Positions 9,138 to 19,942 of a stretch of 64,000 nucleotides of DNA are shown here, piece by piece. Position numbers and translations under genes: made by a program. The stretch lies in the IMG/VR virus record IMGVR_UViG_3300032167_000006; one strand, 5' to 3'. Within the stretch, counting starts at the first letter, position 1. Each line of letters begins with the position of its first letter. The notes beneath the pieces were generated by a model that saw only the letters and a program-made list of their open reading frames with translations, was not told the DNA's origin and searched no databases. The DNA comes from a virus. Taxonomy: Duplodnaviria; Caudoviricetes.

Positions 9138-9734
9138 TTATTCAACTATATCGGTTAAATCTTCAGCATCAACAGTTTCAACAATTTCTTCTGCAGGAGC
9201 TTCTACGTCTTCAACTACCGCAGTGTCTTCAGTAACAACTTCTTCTGTAGTTTCAACTGTCTCTTCCTCAACTACTGAAAGGTTGGCTACGGCTTCATCA
9301 GCAGCAGCTCTAGCAGCAGCTTTTGCAGCTTTACGCTGTTTATTTGACATTGATGAAAAATCTACATTAGCGAGTGCTTCATCATATGCAGCTTGCCATA
9401 CAGCCTTATTAGCGTCTGGATTGGTTTCTACTTCTGTTTCAGCTACAACTTCTTCTTCTGTTGAAGATGTTTCAACTGCAACTGATACTTCTGTTTCTAC
9501 TTCTTTCTCTTCTGCTTTTTCAATTACAGGAACTAATACTTTATTATAGTTATGTAATCCAAGTCTAACAGTTGTGCCATCTGGTAAAATTTCATCTACA
9601 ATAGCTCTACGCATAAGGCATGTTCTAATATCACCAAATGTCTTATACACTCTTTTTGTAGCTACTCTAATAGGCGGATTAAAATCCGTAATAGGCATAG
9701 ATGGGTAAATATTTACTAATTTCTTATTATTCAT
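9138..9734 (-). CDS. Hypothetical protein with Glu/Thr/Val-rich C-terminus
   Basis: AAGGAG RBS; last gene of a - strand operon. Confidence 0.7.
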   Translation of the reverse strand: MNNKKLVNIYPSMPITDFNPPIRVATKRVYKTFGDIRTCLMRRAIVDEILPDGTTVRLGLHNYNKVLVPVIEKAEEKEVETEVSVAVETSSTEEEVVAETEVETNPDANKAVWQAAYDEALANVDFSSMSNKQRKAAKAAARAAADEAVANLSVVEEETVETTEEVVTEDTAVVEDVEAPAEEIVETVDAEDLTDIVE

Positions 9735-9752
9735 TATATTAAATCTCCTTTA

Positions 9753-9983
9753 TTAATCTTCTGGTACTACGTAATCAACATAGCCTTCATCGTCATCATA
9801 ATCTTCATCATCTTCAAGTTCATCTTCATCTTCTTCAAACGAACCCTCAGTATCATCATCAATACCAGCTATATTGTCTATATCGTTATAATCATCTTCC
9901 ACAATATCTTCCATGGCATCTACGATTTTTTCTGCTTGATCATCGACAATCATATCTTCAGCTGTATCAATATAATCTACCAT
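9753..9983 (-). CDS. Small, very acidic protein
   Basis: AAGGAGG RBS; D/E-rich. Confidence 0.7.
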   Translation of the reverse strand: MVDYIDTAEDMIVDDQAEKIVDAMEDIVEDDYNDIDNIAGIDDDTEGSFEEDEDELEDDEDYDDDEGYVDYVVPED

Positions 9984-9997
9984 ACTGAATACCTCCT

Positions 9998-10195
9998 TTA
10001 GAATATATCTAGATTATCATCATCTATATCATCAATATCTTCAATTGCGTCCCTAGATGATGTATCATCAAATAATCCTACAGTATTTGTAGGAATTATA
10101 TCATCAATTGCATCTTCTGTAAAAACAAAATCTAAATCTTCTTCTACCATTTCTTTAAGAAAAAGATTTTCAACATCGGTTCTAATTTTCTCCAT
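9998..10195 (-). CDS. Small acidic protein; likely start MEKIR at 10195
   Basis: GGAGG RBS at 10205-10209. Confidence 0.65.
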   Translation of the reverse strand: MEKIRTDVENLFLKEMVEEDLDFVFTEDAIDDIIPTNTVGLFDDTSSRDAIEDIDDIDDDNLDIF

Positions 10196-10211
10196 TAAAT
10201 TATTCCTCCAA

Positions 10212-11432
10212 TCATTCAGGTGTTTTAGCAAGCATATTTTGTATATTACTATCTAAAATAAAGATAGTGATAGGTATTAAATAATATAATTCTACATTAT
10301 TCATATAATCAATATGTTTAAGAGATTCTAATTGCTCATTAGTTATATTCTCATTATTAAAAAATCCTATAAGAATATCTTTCATAACATTTCCTGTTTT
10401 TACATTATTTTTTATTTTATTACCAAAATCAGGATCATCAAAAATATCTATTATATGAAATCTACCATTGGATCTAGCGTATTCCATATAATAATAATCT
10501 TGCGGATATGCATATAATAAAGAGAGTTTTTGAGTTACAAGCAATAAATTACCAATATATAAACCAATATGCTTCTTAAGCTCCTTATGATCTATAGAAG
10601 AAAATATAGTTCTATCATAATCAACTCCAAAAGTTGCAGGTAAGAATAACTGATGATCAAGATATAGATAATTAGTAGAACCTGATAGTATATCATTTCT
10701 AATTAAAAATTCTAATAAATAAGGATCATGTACTTTAAAACCTGCACTATCTCTATAGTAGCACATTGTTTGAACTCTTGAATCATAAAACAGCTGAATA
10801 TAATAATCTTTAAGCATTACAGATGCATCCTGTAATTCTGTAATAGCGGAATATGTCTCATCTTCTATAAGACAAGCATAATTAGTACCCATATTACTAT
10901 ATACAAACTTAAATGATTTAACTACTTTGTCTTCAATTTCTTGTATTCCATCACTTGCACAAAGGGCATAATTGGCTTTATACATAACAGAGCCAGTATC
11001 AAGAGTATTAGGATTAACATGAGTTATTTGGAATATATATTTATCCCCTAATTGATCTAAAGTAAATCTATCGCCAGGATAAGGTATTACTGTATTAGGG
11101 AGTATAATAACTTCGCCTTCAACGTTATCACCTTCAAGGCCATATTCAGTAATATCCATATTAGGTTCAATTTTACTTATACCAAAAAGATAAAATCCAG
11201 ATACTTTATTAAATCTTAATGGGCTATTAGCTTCAAGTTCACCATAGTTAGATCTTGTAGCTTCATCAAGCGTAGTCATAGTTGTATTAAGATTATAATA
11301 AGTAGCAATAGAAGCAGTCTTATCATTAAATAAATAATATGGATTATTTAATATAGTTTTAACACTATTAGGTATAGTTGTTTCTGTCATTGCTTGCCTA
11401 ACAGAATTTGTATTAATAAAACCTTTAGCCAA
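10212..11432 (-). CDS. Putative virion structural (neck/head-completion-type) protein
   Basis: TTG start with AAGGAGG RBS; AACA-N6-TA promoter; ILPNTVIPYPGD motif reminiscent of phiKZ-group virion proteins. Confidence 0.5.
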   Translation of the reverse strand: MAKGFINTNSVRQAMTETTIPNSVKTILNNPYYLFNDKTASIATYYNLNTTMTTLDEATRSNYGELEANSPLRFNKVSGFYLFGISKIEPNMDITEYGLEGDNVEGEVIILPNTVIPYPGDRFTLDQLGDKYIFQITHVNPNTLDTGSVMYKANYALCASDGIQEIEDKVVKSFKFVYSNMGTNYACLIEDETYSAITELQDASVMLKDYYIQLFYDSRVQTMCYYRDSAGFKVHDPYLLEFLIRNDILSGSTNYLYLDHQLFLPATFGVDYDRTIFSSIDHKELKKHIGLYIGNLLLVTQKLSLLYAYPQDYYYMEYARSNGRFHIIDIFDDPDFGNKIKNNVKTGNVMKDILIGFFNNENITNEQLESLKHIDYMNNVELYYLIPITIFILDSNIQNMLAKTPE

Positions 11433-11464
11433 AATTAACCCTCCTTTTCAAGTATACTCAGATT

Positions 11465-11476
11465 TACCCAAATGTT
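11465..11476 (-). promoter_or_regulatory. Late promoter AACA-N6-TA
   Basis: AACA TTTGGG TA upstream of 10212..11432. Confidence 0.7.
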
Positions 11477-11590
11477 CGCAAATAACACAATTACAAGCAA
11501 AAAATAAAAGAGCATTTGATACTCTTTTATTTTTAAACAAATCAATGAAGATTTGTTTACAATCAAAGCTACGCCATTTAGTAAATGCAT

Positions 11591-11863
11591 TTATAAATTG
11601 TTATTGGCAATCTCTTTAGTAGTTTTACTAAATAATATTAATAATTTATCTTCATCATTATCTAAATCATAATATAATTCTTTTGCAGAAGGAGCATAAT
11701 TACCATCAATAGCCATACAAGCAGCTTTACTTTTTTCATCTAAGTCAATAGCTTTTGCTCTAATTTTAAGCAATGTACTAACAATATTATCAATATTATC
11801 AATAATATTGTTAGCAGTATTTTTAGCATCTATTGCTTTTTCACGTGCTTCACATATATCCAT
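11591..11863 (-). CDS. Hypothetical protein (early)
   Basis: ORF downstream of an early-type motif at 11946. Confidence 0.55.
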   Translation of the reverse strand: MDICEAREKAIDAKNTANNIIDNIDNIVSTLLKIRAKAIDLDEKSKAACMAIDGNYAPSAKELYYDLDNDEDKLLILFSKTTKEIANNNL

Positions 11864-12001
11864 AAAATTACCATAGAAACATAGAATATTTTATTGTTCC
11901 TTAACCTTTCTAAATAGAGTAATACTTCTAACCTCTATTCACAATTATAATATATAATTAAAAAATAAAATAATTACAGAGGTAGGGATAATCCCTACCT
12001 C

Positions 12002-12361
12002 TTAAACTATTTTAACCATATCGAATTGACGTTTTTGCCTTTCACATTCTTTTTTAAGAAATGGATAAGCTTCTGCTATTTTATTTAATGTACAATTTTT
12101 ATATTGATCATAGTCATTATCTGTTCTATGAATTCTTTTTACTTGTTTAATCAATTCATCATAATTTGAATAATTATGACGAATATTATTTACCATAATA
12201 GCATTTATATTATTTTCATAATATTCATCTAATGATTTACCATATTCATACTGTATAGCGTCTTCAAATATTTTTCTACAATCTTCAGATTTTATAATAA
12301 TTGAATCTAAAGTATTATATAGTCTTATTGTTTTTTCTAAATCAGAACACTTGTGATTCAT
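12002..12361 (-). CDS. Hypothetical protein
   Basis: Overlaps the primase stop; followed by a hairpin. Confidence 0.65.
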   Translation of the reverse strand: MNHKCSDLEKTIRLYNTLDSIIIKSEDCRKIFEDAIQYEYGKSLDEYYENNINAIMVNNIRHNYSNYDELIKQVKRIHRTDNDYDQYKNCTLNKIAEAYPFLKKECERQKRQFDMVKIV

Positions 12362-13415
12362 GTATAACTCTCATATTATCTGTTATTCTATTCATAGGAA
12401 CACCAAAGTCTTTCTCACCAGGATATCCATTTCTATGAATAATAATATTAGATGGAAGCAATTGAACTTTGCGTTGCACATCCATATAGAAATCATTATC
12501 TGTTACATCAGAATCTGGATAATAATGTACTTCATAATTTACAATACCAGTTTCAAGTAATATAAATTCTAATGCCTGAGCATATGATTTACCACCACAT
12601 GCTATATAAATATTTTGAGTTCTATTACAATTATTCAAATTATAGAATATAGATAAAATATCAAATTGCCCTTCAGCTAAATGGATTTTCACTGGCTCTG
12701 GACTTATTAGACTAACCATAGTAGGAATAACATAGAAATTCTTTGCATCATCAGTTTTATTTACTAATACATAATTAATATAACGCTTATTAATAGTCTT
12801 ATATAATTCTTTATCAGTAAGTTTTCTTAATCCGGCAAATGAATTATCATATGAAATAAATCCCATAAACCATTTATCTAAATCATCACAAGTCATTTGA
12901 TGTCTTGTAAGCTCTAAATTATTAGGTTGAATTATATCGTATAAATTTAAAAATATTTTTAATCCAGGTAAATCAGATAATTTAAAATCACTACCTATAC
13001 GATCATTAATATATTTTAATTTATATTTATTTAATGGATTATCTCTAATATAATTCATATTAAGTGGATAAACGTCAATCTGTTTAATAGATTTATATTT
13101 CGGTAATTTAAATACCTCAGCATTATGCTTACTTACTTCAACTAGAAGACTTGTATCTTCGCATCCAATTTTACGTAAAACATCAACATCCACGACTCCA
13201 TGAGCAGGACATTTTTTACAATGATAAAAAGCAAGCTCTTCTTCATTTTGAGGTACCGAAATATACATATGAGCATGTTTTAAATCTTTAGAATCTCCGC
13301 AAAATGGGCAACGGCATACAACTTCCGATTGCCCACTTGCTATTTTAAGATTTGGATAGAATGATCTAATCCTATTTATAAAATTTTGGCCTGTTAAATT
13401 ATACATACTTAACAC
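12342..13415 (-). CDS. DNA primase (T4 gp61/DnaG-type)
   Basis: Zinc finger CRCPFCGDS...YHCKKC; TOPRIM LAEGQFD and YPDSD; KDFG. Confidence 0.88.
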   Translation of the reverse strand: MLSMYNLTGQNFINRIRSFYPNLKIASGQSEVVCRCPFCGDSKDLKHAHMYISVPQNEEELAFYHCKKCPAHGVVDVDVLRKIGCEDTSLLVEVSKHNAEVFKLPKYKSIKQIDVYPLNMNYIRDNPLNKYKLKYINDRIGSDFKLSDLPGLKIFLNLYDIIQPNNLELTRHQMTCDDLDKWFMGFISYDNSFAGLRKLTDKELYKTINKRYINYVLVNKTDDAKNFYVIPTMVSLISPEPVKIHLAEGQFDILSIFYNLNNCNRTQNIYIACGGKSYAQALEFILLETGIVNYEVHYYPDSDVTDNDFYMDVQRKVQLLPSNIIIHRNGYPGEKDFGVPMNRITDNMRVIHESQVF

Positions 13416-13430
13416 AACCTTTCTTATAAA

Positions 13431-14573
13431 TTAATATGTTATAAAAGCATCATATTTATTTTTATTAAATATTTTATTAGTAATGTGCAAAACACTATTA
13501 GATTTAAAAATATTATCTTGCATTTGGAATCCAGCAGCTTGTTTATGACCACCGCCACCAAGACCACTTACGCTTCCAAGTCTGCTAGCTAACGCTGCAC
13601 AATTAATATCTTTAGCTGTATATAAAGAATATTTATGCTGGTCGCCAATAAATTGGTACGATATAACTATATCATAATTATATATTCTATCGCCAAACAT
13701 TGTACTATCACCACGTTTATTTACAACAAAACAGTTATATTGTTTGTTCTCTGTGTGATCAACTATCATACATTCATAACCATAATAGTCGCATATTTCT
13801 TCGTTCTCAATTTCATTATATTCCATTATTGTTGTGCCTTTGGATATAGCTTCAGTAATGAATTTAGTCATATAAGATTCGACAACAGCATGATTTCCAT
13901 CTTCTATAGAAAATAAATTTTCTATAAGTGCACTGTTATATTTAAATATCATACTAAATAAATTTGTAGGAGCATGCTTTATAGATTTCATTCCATGATT
14001 AAATTCTGTAGTCTTATCTAAATTATGCTTCCATGTATCCCATGAATCCACATACTTTATAAATAACGGAATATATTCAATATAATTATGCACTTTATCA
14101 ATGTGTGAATTAATAATATAACCTACGTCTCTACTAAATAGCGGATCTAAACTTAAAATCGCATAAAGATATGCTAAATATGCTCCACAATATTCAGTAT
14201 TAATATAATAATCTATACATGCGTTTCTGTATATTTCTCTTGATTGTATGGAAGGATCATTTACTAAATTATGTGATGTTTTATGATGATCAATCCATAC
14301 TATTTTATTACCTTTATTGCCAAGCTCAAACATATAGTTTAAATTATCACTATTACTAAATGAATAGTCTACAAAATAAATTTCATCTTGTACAGGTAGA
14401 TTTGATGGGAGTACTGTACGTAAATCCATAGAATAATCTATTTTATAAAATAAATACTTTGCTTTTGTATTTTCTCTTTTATTTTTAATTTTTAAATATT
14501 CATAAATTACTGCAGCTGCAGTTATACCATCCATATCAGTATGGTGGCAAATATGGTATGCTTTCATATTCAT
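13431..14573 (-). CDS. DHH/DHHA1 phosphoesterase
   Basis: HHTDMDG, FVDYS, WIDHHKT and GGGGHKQAAGF motifs. Confidence 0.92.
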   Translation of the reverse strand: MNMKAYHICHHTDMDGITAAAVIYEYLKIKNKRENTKAKYLFYKIDYSMDLRTVLPSNLPVQDEIYFVDYSFSNSDNLNYMFELGNKGNKIVWIDHHKTSHNLVNDPSIQSREIYRNACIDYYINTEYCGAYLAYLYAILSLDPLFSRDVGYIINSHIDKVHNYIEYIPLFIKYVDSWDTWKHNLDKTTEFNHGMKSIKHAPTNLFSMIFKYNSALIENLFSIEDGNHAVVESYMTKFITEAISKGTTIMEYNEIENEEICDYYGYECMIVDHTENKQYNCFVVNKRGDSTMFGDRIYNYDIVISYQFIGDQHKYSLYTAKDINCAALASRLGSVSGLGGGGHKQAAGFQMQDNIFKSNSVLHITNKIFNKNKYDAFITY

Positions 14574-14671
14574 TTCCTTTCTAATACATAAAAGTTTACC
14601 AGAGTGGTCGCGGCACCACTCTGGATTCTTTGAAGGATTTTACCAAATAATTAATATACTTTACTTAAGTG

Positions 14672-14968
14672 TTATGACTCTTGAATGTTCTTATTATTAA
14701 AATTTATAGTAAGTTCAATTCCAAGAGCATTAGTATATTTAATTAAACTTCTTAATGTAGGTGAACTAGATTCACCGCTTTCAATATTAGATATACATGA
14801 CTCTGATAATCCAGATTTTCTAGATAATTCTTTTTGAGAAAGATGTCTTGCTTTACGAGCGTTATATAATTGTATACGCAGCATTTTATCATCTATCATA
14901 GCATCAGCGTTACTATAAGCAGATGTATTTATGTATCCATCAAGTTTTTCTTTCTTTTTTCTAGCCAT
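14672..14968 (-). CDS. XRE-family helix-turn-helix protein
   Basis: ARKARHLSQKELSRKSGLSESCISNIESG...PTLRSL. Confidence 0.9.
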   Translation of the reverse strand: MARKKKEKLDGYINTSAYSNADAMIDDKMLRIQLYNARKARHLSQKELSRKSGLSESCISNIESGESSSPTLRSLIKYTNALGIELTINFNNKNIQES

Positions 14969-15024
14969 ATAGATCCCTCCAAAAAATAAATACTGGGAGT
15001 AATCTAACTCCCAGTATTAATATA

Positions 15025-16590
15025 TTAAATCGATGTAATAAATAACATAAGCTCTTCTTTTATTACATCGTTTATCATAGGAACATACTTGCCGTCCCAT
15101 GCTGTTGGCTCTCCCTTTTCGGTATCCCAATCAATTATTTCAAACGAAGAAGACATGACAGCTCCAATAAATTCATATATTTTTTGCTCAATCTTTGGAT
15201 TATTGTATTTTTGTTTTATTTGCTCATATAATTGGCTTGTCTCAATAGCAATCATATCTTTTTTACTTATAATCTTTCTTGTAGCAATTCTAAGAATACG
15301 TCCAGAAATAATATATGGAAGTATTACCATTCCTGAATTTAATAATTTTCTTTTAGCTGCAATAATAAGTTTAATATAATCTGTTTGGTTATGTATAGCT
15401 AATAAAGTAATTGGATCTCCAAAATCTTTATCATACATATAACTGATTAATTGTCTTTGGAATTCATTAATAGCTGGAGCGCCGTCTCTTGTTAGCTTCC
15501 TTCTATAATGCTCTATTTCAGCCTCATCAAATGGACCATATAAAGCTTCAATTTTGCTAACTGTTTGCTCTGCACTAACTTTATTTTGCAAAGCAAGAGC
15601 TTCATCTTTCTTATTTAAGCGAGCTTCATAGCGGTCATATTCACTATTCTGATCAGCATCACGCTTAGATGAGCTCATTTTATAAAATGGGTATTCATAA
15701 CGAATATCAGTGACCTTAAATTTAAGGCATTGTCTGCCACTAAAATATATGAAGTTAATAATATTATTATCATAGCTGTATTTAGGTATAATATTCATAA
15801 TGATATCAACTACAGTATCTTTAGTATGTGTAGTTGTATTAGTACCACGAATCTGATTCTTTTCCCAAAGTATTTTATCTGGATTCTTGGATTTATTAAC
15901 TATAGAAACAGCTGTTTCATATAGTTTATCATAAATATATATTCCTCTTTCTTCTTCATACTTAGTTACACATAAGTCAAATAAATTAAGCATAAATTTC
16001 TGAATTTCATCAGAAAACTTAATACCATGAATATACATGTAATGAGTAGCTAAGGGGATATACATATTCATTAGTAATGAAATTTCATAAAGTACTTTTG
16101 CATGATCATTATTAAACTGAAGATTAGGTGTTTTATTATTATTTGATGATAATTTCATAAGATAATTATCATCAACAAAATGCCTAACTTTATACGTTAA
16201 TTGAGAATTTCGAATTATATATCGATTGACATCATCCATAAAATGACCTATTTCATACGAACGCATATAGTCTATATTCAATTTAATTCTATAAAGTATC
16301 ATTAATAGTTCTTTATCATAATCATAGAACTTTTCAAAATAATTTAGATATCTACAGATATGCTCTCTTGTCTCATCAGAATTATAGCTACGTTTTGTGT
16401 TCATAGCAAAATAATTTAAAGAGCTCTTTTCGGGATCTCCATTATAGAAAAATTCTGCAATAGGTAAAATAATTTCTCCACGAATATTTCTAAATATTCT
16501 ATCTTGTTCTGTTATTGGATTGGCTTCGCTATCCCATTCATCTACAGGGATATGATTGCCTTTATCCACTATCTTACACATCTCAATCAT
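15025..16590 (-). CDS. Probable promoter-specificity (sigma-like) subunit of the non-virion RNAP (AR9 gp226 / phiKZ gp68-like)
   Basis: Inference only: 521-aa helical protein two genes from the chaperonin (AR9 has gp226 and chaperonin gp228) with an early-type promoter at 16620. Confidence 0.55.
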   Translation of the reverse strand: MIEMCKIVDKGNHIPVDEWDSEANPITEQDRIFRNIRGEIILPIAEFFYNGDPEKSSLNYFAMNTKRSYNSDETREHICRYLNYFEKFYDYDKELLMILYRIKLNIDYMRSYEIGHFMDDVNRYIIRNSQLTYKVRHFVDDNYLMKLSSNNNKTPNLQFNNDHAKVLYEISLLMNMYIPLATHYMYIHGIKFSDEIQKFMLNLFDLCVTKYEEERGIYIYDKLYETAVSIVNKSKNPDKILWEKNQIRGTNTTTHTKDTVVDIIMNIIPKYSYDNNIINFIYFSGRQCLKFKVTDIRYEYPFYKMSSSKRDADQNSEYDRYEARLNKKDEALALQNKVSAEQTVSKIEALYGPFDEAEIEHYRRKLTRDGAPAINEFQRQLISYMYDKDFGDPITLLAIHNQTDYIKLIIAAKRKLLNSGMVILPYIISGRILRIATRKIISKKDMIAIETSQLYEQIKQKYNNPKIEQKIYEFIGAVMSSSFEIIDWDTEKGEPTAWDGKYVPMINDVIKEELMLFITSI

Positions 16591-16619
16591 ATCTATTGTC
16601 CTCCTTATGATGTCAAAAA

Positions 16620-16629
16620 TATAATATAC
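16620..16629 (-). promoter_or_regulatory. Early-type promoter GTATATTATA (sigma-like subunit)
   Basis: Same motif about 30 nt before the start codon. Confidence 0.6.
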
Positions 16630-16643
16630 AATTCAATTAATAT

Positions 16644-17435
16644 TTACGAAGTTTTAGGCCTCTTCGCAGATATACGTTTAACCGTCTTTACATTTTTAGC
16701 AGCACTAGAGACTTTAGATACAGTTGAAACTTTAGATATAGGGCTGAGTTTGGCATGTTTACTTTGAATCTCAGTGTTTCTTTTTTCAGCTTGTTTTTCC
16801 TTAGCTTTTTCTTTATCAAGTTTTTCTTGGGCTTTTTGTCTAGCATCAATTTTATCTGAAGCATCTGTAATCTTAGTTATTAATTCTCTTTTATTATATT
16901 TAGAACTATGCTGGTTTAATATACTTCTATTAAATAGATGATACCTTTCCATAGTAAGATACGCAAAGTAAAGTGACTTTACATACCATACATTATCTTT
17001 AGGATTCCTAATAGTTGCTTCTTTTTTCAATGCAGCTTTAGTCATTTTAGGTTCTAAATCTTTAATAAACAAATTATTTTTATTAAATGCATGAGCAAAT
17101 GTATACACAAATGCTGGATCGTTTGAATAAAACTGAACTGCATATTCCCTTAGACTAACATTAAGTTTCTTTTTATTTTCAGTTGTAAACAATCTTACAA
17201 CTACATCATAATAGAATTTTTCTATTACTTCAGATGGGATTTTCATATAAATATAATATGAGTCTTGTCCATCTTTAGCTTGGTAAACTTTCCATTCAAT
17301 GTTACCGCTTTCACGTAATAGAACCTTATCAAATTTTGATTTATACATATCCTTATACATGTTTCTATTAGTAATAACAGAAGCACCGCCAGAAGGATTA
17401 TCAATATATTTATCAAAACTCATTCCATCTGCCAT
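16644..17435 (-). CDS. Hypothetical protein with basic C-terminal tail
   Basis: Clean ORF with RBS; Lys/Ser-rich tail. Confidence 0.7.
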   Translation of the reverse strand: MADGMSFDKYIDNPSGGASVITNRNMYKDMYKSKFDKVLLRESGNIEWKVYQAKDGQDSYYIYMKIPSEVIEKFYYDVVVRLFTTENKKKLNVSLREYAVQFYSNDPAFVYTFAHAFNKNNLFIKDLEPKMTKAALKKEATIRNPKDNVWYVKSLYFAYLTMERYHLFNRSILNQHSSKYNKRELITKITDASDKIDARQKAQEKLDKEKAKEKQAEKRNTEIQSKHAKLSPISKVSTVSKVSSAAKNVKTVKRISAKRPKTS

Positions 17436-17518
17436 GGTAAAGTCCTACCTTTCTTTAATATATAATTTCTGCCATTTTCTTCTAGGGTAGCCTTATGGCT
17501 ACCCTATTAATATATTAT

Positions 17519-19231
17519 TTATTCATCTTCAGCGTACACATTATGTGCAGGTGTTTGTACAAGATACTGATTTGTTATAAACATAAGCGACAAAATCTTA
17601 TTAATAGCTTCTAAGATAACTACATCTGAACGAATACTAGAAAGTACTTTCTTATCATATTCGTTAGTTCTAATATTAAGCGGGCAACCATTATTGATAG
17701 AGCCAGCAATAATATCATCTACATCATCGCTAGTATACGATTTACTATAAAGAATTCTAATAAGCATTTCATATGCATCATACAGAATATCTACTACGGC
17801 ATCGCCGCAATAATTGCTATCATTTTTCATCTCCATAAGTGTAGAATATGCCATGTAGTTAGCACCGTATCCAACGCCATTTATAGCAGCACTTCTACAG
17901 TTAAGAACAGCATCCTCTACAGAAGCTTTAAGATTATTTCTATCTGATAACGTAATACCACCGATTAAGAAATCAACCATATTACCCTTAAAGCAATTAT
18001 AACGTCTCTTAGCTCTTGCAGTTGCTTCAACACCAGCATCTTCAGCTTCGCATTTATCAATCTGAGTTTTAAGATAAGCAACCATAGCATTATATTCATC
18101 TGAATATGAGCCATCTTCATTAAACATTTTTGCAGGTCTAATAATTTTGGTTTTATTATCGTCAGCTTGTACAAGATCTGCACTACCACAGAAATCACAG
18201 ATATTCTCTAATGTAGGAGCGAGGCCTGCTTGCTGGTCAGCTTCTTGCATTTCAAGATTAAGATATTTTTTAATGAACGGAGAACCAGTCATCTTAGCAA
18301 TATCTTCATATAAATAATCCTGATGAATATCGCTTACGATAAGAAGAGGCACATCGTCATATGTATTCATAAGCTTAACTACTTTTTCGAAATATGATGC
18401 TGTATCGGATGATATGTGTTTACAGAAAATAACTGTAGGAACAGGCATTTTAACACTATTAGGCCTATAAGCATCTATAATATTTCTATCAATGATAGCT
18501 TGTACCATAGAAGTCATTTCTGGTGTGTCTATCGGGTCATTAAAACAATAAATTTTAGGACTTCTTATATAACTACAATTATCCTGTTTATTATTGATAA
18601 AGCAAATGTCTGTATAACCAGTATCAAGTGTCATACCATCATACTCTTTTACAATATTATTTACTTCTGTAGAAATGCCTACATCTATAAATACATCCAT
18701 ACCATATTTTTCATACATTGCCTTTAATATACCAGCAATTTCTTCATTATTATTGGTAGATATAAGTGCAATATTATAGATATCTTCTAATGTGCATTCT
18801 CTGCTTTTAGAAAGAATACGATTTGATACTTCTTTTATCACAGAATTAATACGATTAAGTGTATCTGCAGGGCTATTTTCAATAATAACATTTGCATCAC
18901 ATAATCTATCAAATACAGTTTTACAAAGAATTATTGCAGAAGTAGTACCGTCTCCAACTTCCTTTACAACATAACGTGTTAAATCTGTAAGAATATCCTG
19001 CACAGATCTTTCAATCGGATGAAGGAATTGAATATTACTAACTATGGTATGTCCATCTTTTGTGTGTTCAGATGCCACATTAACACCCTTAGGATCAATA
19101 TTTTTTACAAATGCTGTAGATGAGCCTTTAGGTCCAAATGATTTACAAAGAGCTTCAGAAATAATATTAAGAGTTTCTTTTTGAACTTCTCTTACTTTAT
19201 GCTCAGGTACAATATTAGAGTAAATCTTCAT
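17519..19231 (-). CDS. groEL: Phage GroEL-like chaperonin
   Basis: SFGPKG, TKDGHTI, VGDGTTSA and VEDAV motifs. Confidence 0.93.
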   Translation of the reverse strand: MKIYSNIVPEHKVREVQKETLNIISEALCKSFGPKGSSTAFVKNIDPKGVNVASEHTKDGHTIVSNIQFLHPIERSVQDILTDLTRYVVKEVGDGTTSAIILCKTVFDRLCDANVIIENSPADTLNRINSVIKEVSNRILSKSRECTLEDIYNIALISTNNNEEIAGILKAMYEKYGMDVFIDVGISTEVNNIVKEYDGMTLDTGYTDICFINNKQDNCSYIRSPKIYCFNDPIDTPEMTSMVQAIIDRNIIDAYRPNSVKMPVPTVIFCKHISSDTASYFEKVVKLMNTYDDVPLLIVSDIHQDYLYEDIAKMTGSPFIKKYLNLEMQEADQQAGLAPTLENICDFCGSADLVQADDNKTKIIRPAKMFNEDGSYSDEYNAMVAYLKTQIDKCEAEDAGVEATARAKRRYNCFKGNMVDFLIGGITLSDRNNLKASVEDAVLNCRSAAINGVGYGANYMAYSTLMEMKNDSNYCGDAVVDILYDAYEMLIRILYSKSYTSDDVDDIIAGSINNGCPLNIRTNEYDKKVLSSIRSDVVILEAINKILSLMFITNQYLVQTPAHNVYAEDE

Positions 19232-19883
19232 TTTCTTGATTACCTTCTTTCTTTAAATATCTATACTTTATTTTAGTATAGAGGTCTATTAAATGAACTA
19301 TATTTACATCTGCATATAAAGCGCATAATCTACTAACCATATCCTTATCTTCTTCCATATTAAACTTAGCAGCTGGAATATAAATATGTTTTCCTTCTAT
19401 TGTAGAATATTCTGCTAAATATGCTATATATTTAACATATAAAACACTATATTTTGCTAATACAATATCACGCCTATTTGGTATTACAATTGTATTTAAA
19501 ATAGGATTAAGCTTTTTAATAAATGCTTCTTCTATTTTAGATTTACACCATACAGTAATTCCTACAGATGATGCATTATTTAAAAATGTAATCATTAATC
19601 CGAATGTATCATATGCAGTAGCATATTTTAGTAGTTCCTCATAATGATTTTCCATAATATCAAAATATAAATTAGTAGTTTCTACTTCTGGCATTATAAT
19701 CTCAAGAGGATTAATATGCTTACGATTGAGTAATTTATAAACTACAACTCTCTCATCAGGCTCATTAATAAAGTCTTGATCAACATATTCTGCATTTTTA
19801 TATTTATCTTTGATAAATCTATACATTGCAATATCTAAATCAATAAGAGATTCAAATTCTACTAAAAGTTCATTGTCATGCAT
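19215..19883 (-). CDS. Hypothetical protein, possibly a degenerate HAD fold
   Basis: N-terminal LLVEFESLIDLD loosely resembles HAD motif I without the catalytic Asp. Confidence 0.45.
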   Translation of the reverse strand: MHDNELLVEFESLIDLDIAMYRFIKDKYKNAEYVDQDFINEPDERVVVYKLLNRKHINPLEIIMPEVETTNLYFDIMENHYEELLKYATAYDTFGLMITFLNNASSVGITVWCKSKIEEAFIKKLNPILNTIVIPNRRDIVLAKYSVLYVKYIAYLAEYSTIEGKHIYIPAAKFNMEEDKDMVSRLCALYADVNIVHLIDLYTKIKYRYLKKEGNQENEDLL

Positions 19884-19942
19884 ATAATCACCTTAAATAA
19901 AAAAATTAAAGACGTTACCTAATACGGGTAACGTCTTTATAT

